A stretch of DNA of 64,000 nt from Squalus acanthias. Its lineage: Eukaryota. The stretch spans positions 118,670,001 to 118,734,000 of the forward strand of contig CM059432.1 in assembly GCA_030390025.1 (NCBI GenBank), in the 5' to 3' direction. Position 1 is the stretch's first letter. Each line of letters begins with the position of its first letter. The notes beneath the pieces are model-generated. The model did not search any database. It saw only the letters and a list, made by a program, of their open reading frames with translations, and had not been told where the DNA came from. Made by a program: the position numbers and the translations under genes. Of this stretch, positions 12,925 to 23,820 are shown piece after piece.

Positions 12925-13160
12925 GATAGAGAGCACGGGAGTTCTCCCAATGTCCTGGCCAACATTTATCCCTCTACCAACACCCAGATTATCTGGTCAT
13001 TATCACATTGCTGTTTGTGGGACCTTGCTATGTGCAAATTGGCTGCTGAGTTTCCTACATTACAACAGTGACAATACTTCAAAAGTACTTCATCAACTAT
13101 AACGTCCTGGGATGTCCTGAGGTTATGAAAGGTGCTATATAAATGTAAGTCTTTCTTTTA
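12925..13160 (+). mobile_element. Deu-domain SINE (SacSINE1/AmnSINE1-like) 3' part
   Basis: gtcctggccaacatttatccctc...attgctgtttgtgggaccttgct.tgtgcaaattggctgc...aaaggtgctatataaatgtaagtctttc. Confidence 0.75.
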
Positions 13161-13242
13161 TTTTGTTTAATGTTACCTCAATTTCCAAAACACAACAGTT
13201 GAATTTTGAAGCCAACTGATTATCTCCACCTGTATTTTGTTG

Positions 13243-13437
13243 CCATGATGCGGAGACGCCGGTGTTGGACTGGGGTGGACAAATGTGAGAAGTTGCACAA
13301 CACCAGGTTATAGTCCAACAGCTTTATTTGAAATCACAAGCTTTCGGAGCGCTGCTCCTTCGTCAGGTGAAGTCAGCTTGTGATTTCAAATAAAGCTGTT
13401 GGACTATAACCTGGTGTTGTGCGACTTCTCACATTTC
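13243..13437 (-). mobile_element. Penelope-like family A insertion with partial inverted arm
   Basis: Full arm 13243-13374 (minus), inverted arm 13375-13436. TSD tattttgttg at 13233-13242 and 13438-13447. Confidence 0.85.
13334..13370 (-). ncRNA. Minimal hammerhead ribozyme motif
   Basis: Minus strand TCAC-CTGACGA-A-GGAGC-agc-GCTCC-GAAAGCTT-GTGA. Confidence 0.75.
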
Positions 13438-14059
13438 TATTTTGTTGACAGAGCGTATACCTGTGAGGAAAAGGGGATTATTTTAGTTTTTATCACTGAG
13501 CAAAAAATAGGTGATAGCGAATCTGCAGCCCATTTTACACCTCACCGATTTTTTTTTCTATTGTGGGGAAGCATGACTGACTGGGGAGGTGATGAGAAGG
13601 GAGATGCTAAAGGCCCTATTTTCCCTGCAACCACCGCCCCGAATGCAGCCTGCAGCCGTTAGTGGCTTCTTTCCCCGTCATATCATCTCCCACCTCCCAG
13701 CCGAAAGGAAAGAGGTGAAAAAGGAAAGGACAGGGAGAGAAGCAAGAAGAAGGATTCAGGGGAAAGAAACAGCAGAGAAGAGAAAGAGAGACAGAAGAAG
13801 AAGAGAGAGACAGAGAGAATTAGCAACGTGAAGACGTCAGAGACAGGTAAAAGGGTAACCATATTCTTCAACTAAGCATGTGCAATGCCACAGAAGATGA
13901 ACTGGTATTAAGTTAAGGGTGTAACATGCCATCTTTTCAATCACACCACCCTTACATAACACTTATGTGAAGTAACAAATATAATATATGCAATAAATTC
14001 TGTTGAAATTTTATGTTAACAGTTCAGATCATTCAAATTCTGATGTATGTTTATGCACA

Positions 14060-14320
14060 GCCTGCTCTCCTTGTTGGCATTGAGTGCAATTTTTTTCCTG
14101 GGTGGCCTTTGCTCCTGTTATTGACCTTTTTTCTAATGTCATATCAGATTCATTTATTCCTGGGTCCACATTCAACTGCCCTGCAGCTTCCTCCAATGCC
14201 AGTTTCTTTGTGCAAGGAATGGCTGATTTATGCCAGTTTCAAAGAACAGAAGCCTTTCTGGCCATTTCCTCTTCTACTACCAGGTTCACCTGCTGTTCTG
14301 AGAGTTTGGAATTCCTTGAT
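14060..14320 (-). pseudogene. Ancient Harbinger-type Myb/SANT domain remnant
   Basis: Manual minus-strand translation SRNSKLSEQQVNLVVEEEMARKASVL*NWHKSAIPCTKKLALEEAAGQLN resembles the R..F....L.LVEEV..R..VL...K.AW.EVA pattern of the other Myb exons. Confidence 0.5.
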
Positions 14321-15990
14321 TATTTTGTATGCCAAACTCCGTTTTCTAATCAGCTCTGCTGTAAACATTATCATGTGGTTATTTATATTGTCATTGGCCT
14401 TACTTCTGCCTTTCAAGTGCTTAACGATGATGAGGTTGTTGTTGATGATGATGATATTGACGAAGATGATGATGTTCATGATGATGTTGGATAGTGATAA
14501 ATAGTTTGACTCAGTATTTGCAGCTTGGCAGTAACAGAAGGTGGTTAATGCTATTTAAATGTTTAAAATGACTTTACACCCACAAGTCTGAATAAAGATC
14601 CCAGTCTTCCTTATAAGTTAAGCATTGTTCTGAGGAGAAATATTTTCAACATAAAATACTGTCAACCCCCCCTAATAAGTGTCCTAAAAAACTGAAACCA
14701 GGATGTGGAAGTCTGCTATATTGGGTGCCCTGGCTGGAAGAGTCACTGTTGTGGTGCGTTCACACTCCACCAATTTAGCATCGGTGCAAAGTTGAAATGG
14801 GTTTGCACTGACACCAAACTTGGAGAATGAGTCGAGATCCACCACTAACCTCCTTCAGGGAAGCCACTCCTACCCAGTCTGGCCTACACGTGACTCCAGT
14901 CCCTCACTATGTGGTTGACTCTTAATGCACTCAGGGTATCCGGGGATGGGCAATAAATACTGCCTTGCCAATGTTGCCCACATTCCAAGAGAAAATAAAG
15001 AAAATGAACACACTTTCGACTATTTTGTTTTGATCCTGCTGCTCGACTATAGCTCAAAAAAGGATCTCAAATTTGTTAGTCTTTCTGAGGGGAAAATTTT
15101 ACATTGGAAGTACCTTTTTCAAGAGCAACCTTTCATTTTTAACATTGCTCATCTGTAAATTGTCATTTTTTTAGTGAATGAAATTATCAGAGCTTGATGC
15201 TCCCATTGTTTACCTAGCAACAGTAAAAGCAGCATACTGAATTGTTATTGATTTACTTTCTTAGGAAAAAAAGCTCTAGAGATGGTATTCTGACCCAGGC
15301 TAACTTCCCAGGATAAGGTGGATATGCGGGTTACAAAGAGGTATTAGCTCAATAACTGCACAATGCTGAACTTGTGTTCTGAATTCAAAAGGGGTCATAA
15401 AGTCAACTCTGTCTGAAGTTATATTTTGCCTATGCATGACAAGGTCACACAAGCATTAATCAGCTGTGGCTCAGGTTTATTTCAGTCACCGATGGGGGGG
15501 ACTCGGCTGCCATTATTTTGCCTCAGGACAGATCTAACACATGAAGTTCCCATTCTACCTGGTCATAATAAAAATGCTTTTTAGATGTTGCCACACCTTC
15601 AATAATATGGGAGAAGATTTATCCTGTGCATTTTATGTAAGGTAATCATAAGCCCATTTAGAAAGAACAAATTGATAATTTACAATCGTGCTACATTTAG
15701 TGCACAGTGGAAACATTTCCTCGTGATGTCTGAATATTCTAATACATTGATACATTGTTTATGAGTCTACAATTGTATGGAAAAATTATTTTACAGAAAA
15801 TGCTTTGTGTGATATATGGACAGGTCTATTCTGTAATTAACCACTCATTTTTAATGGCAAATTACCACAAATTAACACTGATATATGGATCAATTTTCTG
15901 TGTGTTAATATGGACACTGGTCTATTAAGATTTGTGAAAAAAGCTACTAATTCCAATATGTCACTCAGGAAGTGTCAACAGTAATTTATA

Positions 15991-17340
15991 GGGGGAGAAA
16001 TTGGGCTGTGCAGCACCCGTTTTTTAGGTGCTACGCGGCCTCCTAGCGCTCAAAAAGAGGATCCGAGCTGCGAGCGCACACTTCCAACGAGAGCATGCAG
16101 AGCAGGCAGATCATGACGTTAATCAGTGTGCAACGCTGATTTGACACCAGCGCTGCCATTTTTGAATGCCATGCTCCAGCCTACCAGTCTTAACCTCGCA
16201 CAGCTAAACACGCGTTAAACAGAATGAAGGATCCCCCACAATCGCATTTAAAGGGATCATGAACTTCTAACAGCTTAGTTCCTGGATTATTTCTTCTGGC
16301 TGCTGGTGCAATTGCATGCATTTTTGGAGCTTTCCTATACTTGGCTAATGTTTGAATAGTCTACAGGAGGTGGTCTGGCTGGTGCTGAAGTACTTTTTTT
16401 GTTAATTTAAAAGCTTGTGCTGAAAAAAGTTGCTTCTGGACATGGGTGGCCTGGTAGGGCTTCCTCTGGGAATTGATCATGATTGGGAGAATGAAGAGAG
16501 ACCAGGAAGAGCAGGACAAGCTGCTAGAAGAAGGAGGAGGAGGGGAAGAAGGGCTCTCAGCAGGAGGCCATAGCGCCGAGGGTCTTTTTGGAACTATTTA
16601 CGAACCTCAACTTCAGCGATGACCAATGCTTGAGATGTTTTCACTTCACAAAAGAGATCATGACTGAAATCTACCAACTGCTGCAGCCACAACTGCAACC
16701 TCAAAGCAAAGCAAAAACAGCACTGCATGTGGCTGTCAAGGTGACCGTGGCTCTTAACTTTTATGCGACCACAGGCAGCACATCACGCAGATGAATGCCT
16801 GTTATCCTGGCAGTAATCACAATTCTTTCATTCTGCGGCAGTAGGCAAATTCCACCTATATGTGACCCACCACGGCAAGTCAAAGGCTGGCGACTGGGCA
16901 ACAAGGGTTTTCCACTCATGACATGGGTCATGACTCTGGTCCGGAACCCTCGCACTCGTGCACAGCAGGCCTACAATGAGAGCCATGCTGCCACAAGGAA
17001 CATTATAGAGCACACCATCGGCATCCTCAAGCTTCCACTACCTGGACCACGCTGGAGGAGCCCTGCAGTTGAGCTGGTATCAAGATTCGTGGTGTTTTGC
17101 AGCATGCTGCACAACCTCGCCATTATGAGGGAACAGCCCTTGCTATCAGGCGAGACGCTGAGGAGCAGGAGCACAACGAAGAGGAAGAAATGGAGGAAGG
17201 GGAGGAGGAGGAAGTGCAATAGGAAGTGGAGGAACAGGAAGAGGAAGCGAGGTTACAACATAGACAGCCCCTTTCTGCCCAGGCTCTACATGATCAAATA
17301 ACTCATGAGCAATACCGGTAACTTCAATCACACCTACACA
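15991..17340 (+). mobile_element. Harbinger fragment: terminus plus internally deleted transposase pseudogene
   Basis: Terminus gggggagaaattggg. LQPQLQP..ALHVAVKVTVALNFYAT, LGNKGFPL..YNESHAATRNIIEHTIGILK, CSMLHNLAI. Confidence 0.85.
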
Positions 17341-17349
17341 TTCACCAAC

Positions 17350-17640
17350 AGGCCCATAGTCTCAGGATAAGGGGTCGGCCATTTAGGACTGAGATGAGGA
17401 GAAATGTCTTCACTCAGAGGGTGGTGAATCTTTGGTATTCTCTATCCCAGAGGGCTGTGGATGCTCAGTCATTGAGTATATTCAAGACTGAGATCGATAG
17501 ATTCTTGGGCACTAAGGGAATCAAGGGATATGGGGATAGGGAGGGAAAGTGGAGTTGATGTAGAAGTTCTTATTGAATGGTGGAGCAGGCTCGAGGGGCT
17601 GCATGGCCTACTCCTGCTCCTATTTCTTAAGTTCTTATAG
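17350..17640 (+). mobile_element. CR1 3' tail
   Basis: tttaggactgagatgaggagaaatgtcttcactcagagggtggtgaatctttgg...cctactcctgctcctatttc. Confidence 0.85.
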
Positions 17641-17740
17641 TTAGATGTTGGGCAGTATGAGGGCATCTCTAAATGTAAGATGCTTAGACCAATTACACCT
17701 GAGAGATTACCTAAGGCAAGACCCTAAATTTGTAACAGCA

Positions 17741-18970
17741 CTCCCCACACCTCACACACCACACACCATACCACGCACCACGCACCACGCCCCACTCCCC
17801 ACACCTCACACACCACACACCACACACCATACCACACACCACGCCCCACTCCCCACACCTCACACACCACACACCATACCACGCCCCATGTCCCACTCCC
17901 CACTCCCCACACCTCACACACCACACACCATACCACGCCCCATGTCCCACTCCCCACTCCCTACACCTCACACACCACACACCATACCACGCACCACGCC
18001 CCACTCCCCACACCTCACACACCATACCACGCACCACGCCCCACTCCCCACTCCCCACACCTCACACACCACACACCATACCACGCACCACGCCCCACTC
18101 CCCACTCCCCACACCTCACACACCACACACCATACCACGCACCACGCCCCACTCCCCACACCTCACACACCACACACCATACCACGCACCACGCCCCACT
18201 CCCCACTCCCCACACCTCACACACCACACACCATACCACGCACCACGCCCCACTCCCCACTCCCCACACCTCACACACCACACACCATACCACGCACCAC
18301 GCCCCACTCCCCACACCTCACACACCACACACCACACACCATACCACACACCACGCCCCACTCCCCACACCTCACACACCACACACCATACCACGCCCCA
18401 TGTCCCACTCCCCACTCCCTACACCTCACACACCATACCACGCACCACGCCCCACTCCCCACTCCCCACACCTCACACACCATACCACGCACCACGCCCC
18501 ACTCACCACTCCCCACACCTCACACACCACACACCATACCACGCACCACGCCCCACTCCCCACTCCCCACACCTCACACACCACACACCATACCACGCAC
18601 CACGCCCCACTCCCCACACCTCACACCTCACACACCACACACCATACCACGCACCACGCCCCACTCCCCACACCTCACACCTCACACACCACACACCATA
18701 CCACGCACCACGCACCACGCCCCACTCCCCACTCCCCACACCACACACACCACACACCATACCACGCACCACGCCCCACTCCCCACTCCCTGCACCTCAC
18801 ACACACCACACACTGCACCACGCCCCACTCCCCACTCCCTGCACCTCACACACACCACACACTGCACCACGCCCCACTCCCCACTCCCTGCACCTCACAC
18901 ACACCACATACTGCACCACGCCCCACTCCCCACTCCTGACACCACACCTCACACACCACACACTACACCA
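17741..18970. repeat. C/A-rich compound minisatellite, units ~45-55 bp
   Basis: Reiterated ccccactccccacacctcacacaccacacaccataccacgcaccacg with modular variants. Confidence 0.95.
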
Positions 18971-20547
18971 CAATATATTGCTTGCAGTGATTAAATCATA
19001 ATTTGCTCATAAGCAACATTCTCCATCTTTAAAAATCGGTTTCATTTTTCTGATCCTATACGACATACAATGAGAAGTCAACGTTAGATTTAGCTTTCAA
19101 TTTAAAAGGGCAGGTTTTTGTTTTGAAAGGCAAGAAGAGAGTATATTGCATTATTATTGCATTTTAAAAAAGACAAGGTAAAAAAGCTCCTTCAGTGAAA
19201 TTCTTAGTAAAGGTAATCTAGACGGTACATTTTTTTAAAAGGCAATGGAGGAGCAGTCCATGTATATGGCCAGTATAAAATTAAAAAGAAATGAATGACC
19301 ACTCATTCAGCAAAGATCAACACCATGGGAATTAAAAACAAACGGCACTTGGCAAATTTCAGAAAATAGGCATACCATCTCCATAGAATTCAGAGAAAAA
19401 GTCATTTAATTAATTAATGAACAGGATGTAAATTTCATTTAAATTTCTTGCTTGATTTCTCAATTGACATATTCCCTTGACTTCCCTTTTTTTTTCAATT
19501 TGGCTCCCCATCAGATTGTTTCCCTGCCGTAATCCTTGGTTGTTTTTTTTAATTACCCGCTGTCTGACTGCTGATGCTCAAACAATTTTACACATGGCAG
19601 CAGGAGGCGCTTGTAGACAGGAGTGGGAATGGCAAAGACTCACCGTTATGAGCCTGGTTGGGGCTGAGGCTAGACCCTGAGCTCAAGTTGGACCCAGCAT
19701 AAAAGCACACATACAACAGACCCGATTTTTCTACATGGAACGCCCCGTTAGCACTTATTTGCAGGCCGTATTGATGAGAAAAAATGAGCAGAGACCAAAT
19801 AACCTGGGTCTCCACCCCGTTAGTAATCAATGCACATTTCCAGGTAAGTCACTGGAGGTGATGGATGCGAGGTGTAAATACCTATCAGGAAAGGATGAAC
19901 AGGCTGGGTCTCTTTTCTCTTGAAAAGAAAAGGCTGAGGGGTGACCTAATAGAGGTCTTTAAAATTATGAAAGGTATTGATAGAGTAGATACAGACAGAG
20001 TGTTTCCACTTGTGGGGAAGAGCAAAACTAGAGGCCATCAATGGCCCAAAAATTCATCCCGGTGCGCGAGAGTACGCACTGCGTACTCTCGCGTATTCCC
20101 TCTGCAATTGCCGGTTTTCTGCATGCCCTGCGCATGCGCTGAAAACCGGCAATTGGTCTTTTGAAAAGAGGGCGGTTCCTCGGTGCATCGCGTGCGCGCT
20201 ACAGGCTGCGCGCACGCTGTGCACTTCATGCTTTGGACGCGCAGGTAAGTACTGAAGATTTTAGAAATGGAAAAAAGGAGGAGTAAGACCCACTTTTAAC
20301 AAGGTAAGTAGTGAATTAAGTATTTTTTTGAATTTTTTTTAACAGGTATATCTTTTTTAGAGACTTTAAAGACAGGTAAGTTTATTTTTATAACTTTTTA
20401 AAAGATTTTAAATTTTTTCAAAAATTTAATTTTTTATTTAAAATGGTTAATTTATTTAATGATGTGGAGATGCCGGCGTTGGACTGGGGTGGACAAAAAT
20501 GAGAAGTCGCACAACACCAGGTTATAGTCCAACAGATTTATTTAATT

Positions 20548-20586
20548 TTACAAGCTTTCGAAACAGTTCGCTCCTTCGTCAGGTAA
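20548..20586 (-). ncRNA. Minimal hammerhead ribozyme motif
   Basis: Minus strand TTAC-CTGACGA-A-GGAGC-gaact-GTTTC-GAAAGCTT-GTAA. Confidence 0.7.
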
Positions 20587-20610
20587 GTTAGCAATGAGAG
20601 AATTGCTAAC

Positions 20611-20649
20611 TTACCTGACGAAGGAGCGAACTGCTTCGAAAGCTTGTAA
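20611..20649 (+). ncRNA. Minimal hammerhead ribozyme motif
   Basis: TTAC-CTGACGA-A-GGAGC-gaact-GCTTC-GAAAGCTT-GTAA. Confidence 0.75.
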
Positions 20650-21811
20650 AATTAAATAAATCTGTTGGACTATAACCTGGTGTTGTGCGACTTCTAATTT
20701 ATTTAACTATACTTATTTTATTAATGTGATGGTTTTTTTAAAAAATTTAATTGAGGTTTAGCTGTTATTTTGGGGGGGTGTAAGATTCATAGATTTCACT
20801 GCACGTATGTGAAACTTATGAATGGAAGATGGTGTGCTGCCATTGGCTCTAACTGAGTCACATGATCCCACAGCTCGCACGAATTCACTACGCCGGTGGG
20901 ATACGCAAGCACTGCCCGGCTGATGTCTGGAACATCAAGTTCGTGCGAGCTGGATCTGAAAAAGCACAAGCGGAGTGAGAGATCGCGGGGAAGGCTTACC
21001 CCCGCGGGAACAGAGCGAGATCAATTTCTGGGCCAATATAAGATAGTCACCAAGATATCCAATAGGGAATTCAGAAGAAACTTCTTTACTCAAAGAGTAG
21101 TGAGAATGTGGAACTCGCTATCACAGTGAGTCGTTGAAGCGAATAGTATAGATGCATTTAAGGGGAGGCTAGATAAGCAGATGAGGGAGAAGGGAATAGA
21201 GGGTTATGTTGATAGATTTAGATGAGGAAAGACGGGAAGAGGCTTGAGTGGAGCATAAACGGCGGCATGGACTGGTTGGGCCGAATGGCCTGTTTCTATG
21301 CTGTATATCCTGTGTAATCCTATGTAATTTTGTTTAAATAAAGTGGAAGTGATGTTTAAACATCCTCCGTGTGACTTTCTTCTTTCAATGTCAGATATGG
21401 AGCAGGCGAAAGCATCCTCCATATAAAGTGAGAATTAGGTTGCAATTTAAAGGGCCAGTAAACTACTGTTTGAAATACATAATTAAAGTGAGTATCAAAG
21501 TAGCAGCAAATCTGATAGTGCTAGGCAGCAATGGCCCTTCAATATGCAGGACCAGGGGTTGCAAAGGAATGCTGAGGTGGTGGCAGTGTTAATTAGTTGT
21601 GTGCCTTAAGCAATGGGTGTCGCCTTTGAGGTCCCATTGCACTTGTAGTACCTGAAGGAAGAAGAGCAAGAAATACTGGGTCAAGGAAATTTCTTGGACA
21701 AGGACTCCTGCCGATAGGTACGCAACCAACCTGCTTGATCAGCCACGAGGCAATTAGTTGTGACAGCAAGCCTGATGGAACAGATATGTGTAAAGGTCTG
21801 ACTATCCATTA

Positions 21812-23328
21812 TACATAGATACATAGATACATAGAAGATAGGAGCAGGAGTAGGCCATCCGGCCCTTCGAGCCTGCTCCGCCATTTAATGAGATCATGGC
21901 TGATCCTTCAATTCAGTATCCCGTCCCCGCCTTCTCTCCGTAACCCTTAACCCCTTTTGCCTGTAGAAATATATCTAATTCCCTCTTAAATATATTTAAT
22001 GAGCTGGCGTACACTGCCCTCTGTGGCAATGAGTTCCACAGGTTCACCACTCTCTGAGTGAAGAAATTCCCCCTCATTTCTGTCCTAAATGGTTTAGCCC
22101 TTATCCTTAAATTATGTCCTCTAGTTCTGTTCTCACCCGCCAAGGGAAACATTCCTTCTGCATCTAATCTGTCTAGACCTGTCAGAATTTTATACACTTC
22201 TATGAGGTCCCCTCTCAATCTTCTAAACTCCAGTGTGTACATCCCTAAACTACATAGTCTCTCCTCATAGGTCAATCCCGCCATTCCTGGTATCAGCCTG
22301 GTGAATCGCCGCTGCACCCCCTCCATGGCAAGAACATCTTTCCTCAGATGAGGCGACCAAAACTGTACACAGTACTCGAGGTGTGGTCTCACCAGTGCCC
22401 TGTACAGCTGCAGCAAGGTATCCCTGTTCCTGTATTCCAACCCTTTTGCTATGAAGGCCAGCATACCGTTTGCCTTCTTGACCGCCTGTTGCACCTGCAT
22501 GCTCGCCTTCAGTGACTGGTGTACAAGAACACCCAGGTCTCTCTGTACTTCCCCCTCTCCCAATTTATTGCCATTTAAATAATAATTTGCCCTCCCGTTC
22601 CTGCACCCAAGGTGGATAACTTCGCACTTGTCCACATTATAGTGCATCTGCCATTTATCCGCCCAATCACCCAGTCTGTCCAAATCACTCTGGAGCTTCC
22701 TGGTCTCCTCCTCTGAGCCCACCACCCCTCCTAGTTTAGTGTCGTCTGCAAATTTGGAAATGCTGCATTCGACTCCCTGATCCAGGTCATTAATATAAAT
22801 TGTGAACAGCTGGGGACCCAGGACAGATCCCTGTGGTACCCCACTTGTTACTGCCTGCCATTCAGAAAATGAGCCGTTTATTCCAACTCTCTGTTTTCTA
22901 TCTGACAGCCAGTTCTCTATCCACGTCAATACTTTCCCCTTTATCCCATGAGCTTCAATTTTCCATGCTAATCTTTTATGTGGGACCTTATCGAAGGCCT
23001 TTTGGAAGTCCAGGTACACCACATCTACTGGCTCTCCCCCATCTATTTTACCAGTTACTCCCTCAAAAAATTCCAATAGATTAGTCAAGCACGATTTACC
23101 CTTTGTAAATCCATGTTGACTCTGTCCTATCCTGTCCCCATTTGCTAAGTGCTCGGCTATTTCATCCTTAATGATGGACTCCAGCATTTTGCCCACAACT
23201 GATGTAAGGCTTACAGGTCTGTAATTACCTGCTTTTTCCCTACCCCCCTTTTTGAATAGTGGGGTAACGTTAGCTACCCTCCAATCCATGGGCACTGTTC
23301 CCGAGTCTAATGAATTCTGAAAAATCAT
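21812..23328 (-). mobile_element. Young 5'-truncated CR1 LINE with uninterrupted RT ORF (21913-23328, 471 aa)
   Basis: NYRPVSLTS, QHGF, YLDFQKAFDKVPH, SGVPQGSVLGP, KFADDTKL. Octamer tail (acatagat)n at ~21812-21835. Confidence 0.95.
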
Positions 23329-23820
23329 GCTTATGTTGGATAGTTCTTCAGAAGTATCCCTATCATAGCATGTTGGTACTGCATGAAAGAAGGCATGCCA
23401 GAGTGATTATTGTGCAGCAATACCTGATTGGCCCTACCTTCCAAGATGTCACCAACCATTATTGCAGGCAGTGTCAAATCTATCTGGCAACAGCTGTGAG
23501 AATGTGTCTTCAAGTTCTGGGTCAGCAGAGCCAGATGCAGATCTGTGCCATCTGCTGTAAACTGTGCTAACAAGCACCATAGGACTGACACAGCAAGTGA
23601 CAGGTACATTCAGCTACAGTCTCAAACCTGCACAGGATGTTTCCTTTATATTTAATGTCTGTCATTTTTTAATCCTCTGTCTCTTAAACCTTAGCAAAAG
23701 CTGCTAGTGGATTAAGGTACTTTTTGAGTCTTTCTAAAGGCTTTCAGATTTTTGTCATCCAATTAAGACAACATTTTTCATTGACCCTATCCCTTTAAAT
23801 TTTAATTACACAGAAACTCT

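Larger units (their letters stand above)
20460..20694. mobile_element. Penelope-like family A variant, fold-back with two opposed hammerheads
   Basis: Arms 20502-20595 and 20602-20695. TSD taatttatttaa at 20448-20459 and 20695-20706. Absent from MITE copy 1. Confidence 0.88.
20043..21034. mobile_element. Harbinger-type MITE, copy 2, carrying a nested PLE hairpin
   Basis: Termini ggcccaaaaatt / aatttctgggcc, AAT TSD at 20040-20042 and 21035-21037. Confidence 0.88.
19860..21325 (+). mobile_element. CR1 3' fragment split by MITE copy 2
   Basis: YQERMNRLGLFSLEKKRLRGDLIEVFKIM...TRGHQ | YKIVTK..REFRRNFFTQRVVRMWNSL rejoins across the insertion. Confidence 0.9.

Noticed and set aside
14013..14504. 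Plus-strand ORFs with poly-Asp/Met ends
   Set aside because: Antisense of a decayed Myb-like remnant plus a (GAT)n tract, with no recognisable protein.
17645..18994. 449-aa His/Thr/Pro-rich ORF and overlapping antisense ORFs
   Set aside because: Artefact of a stop-free minisatellite.
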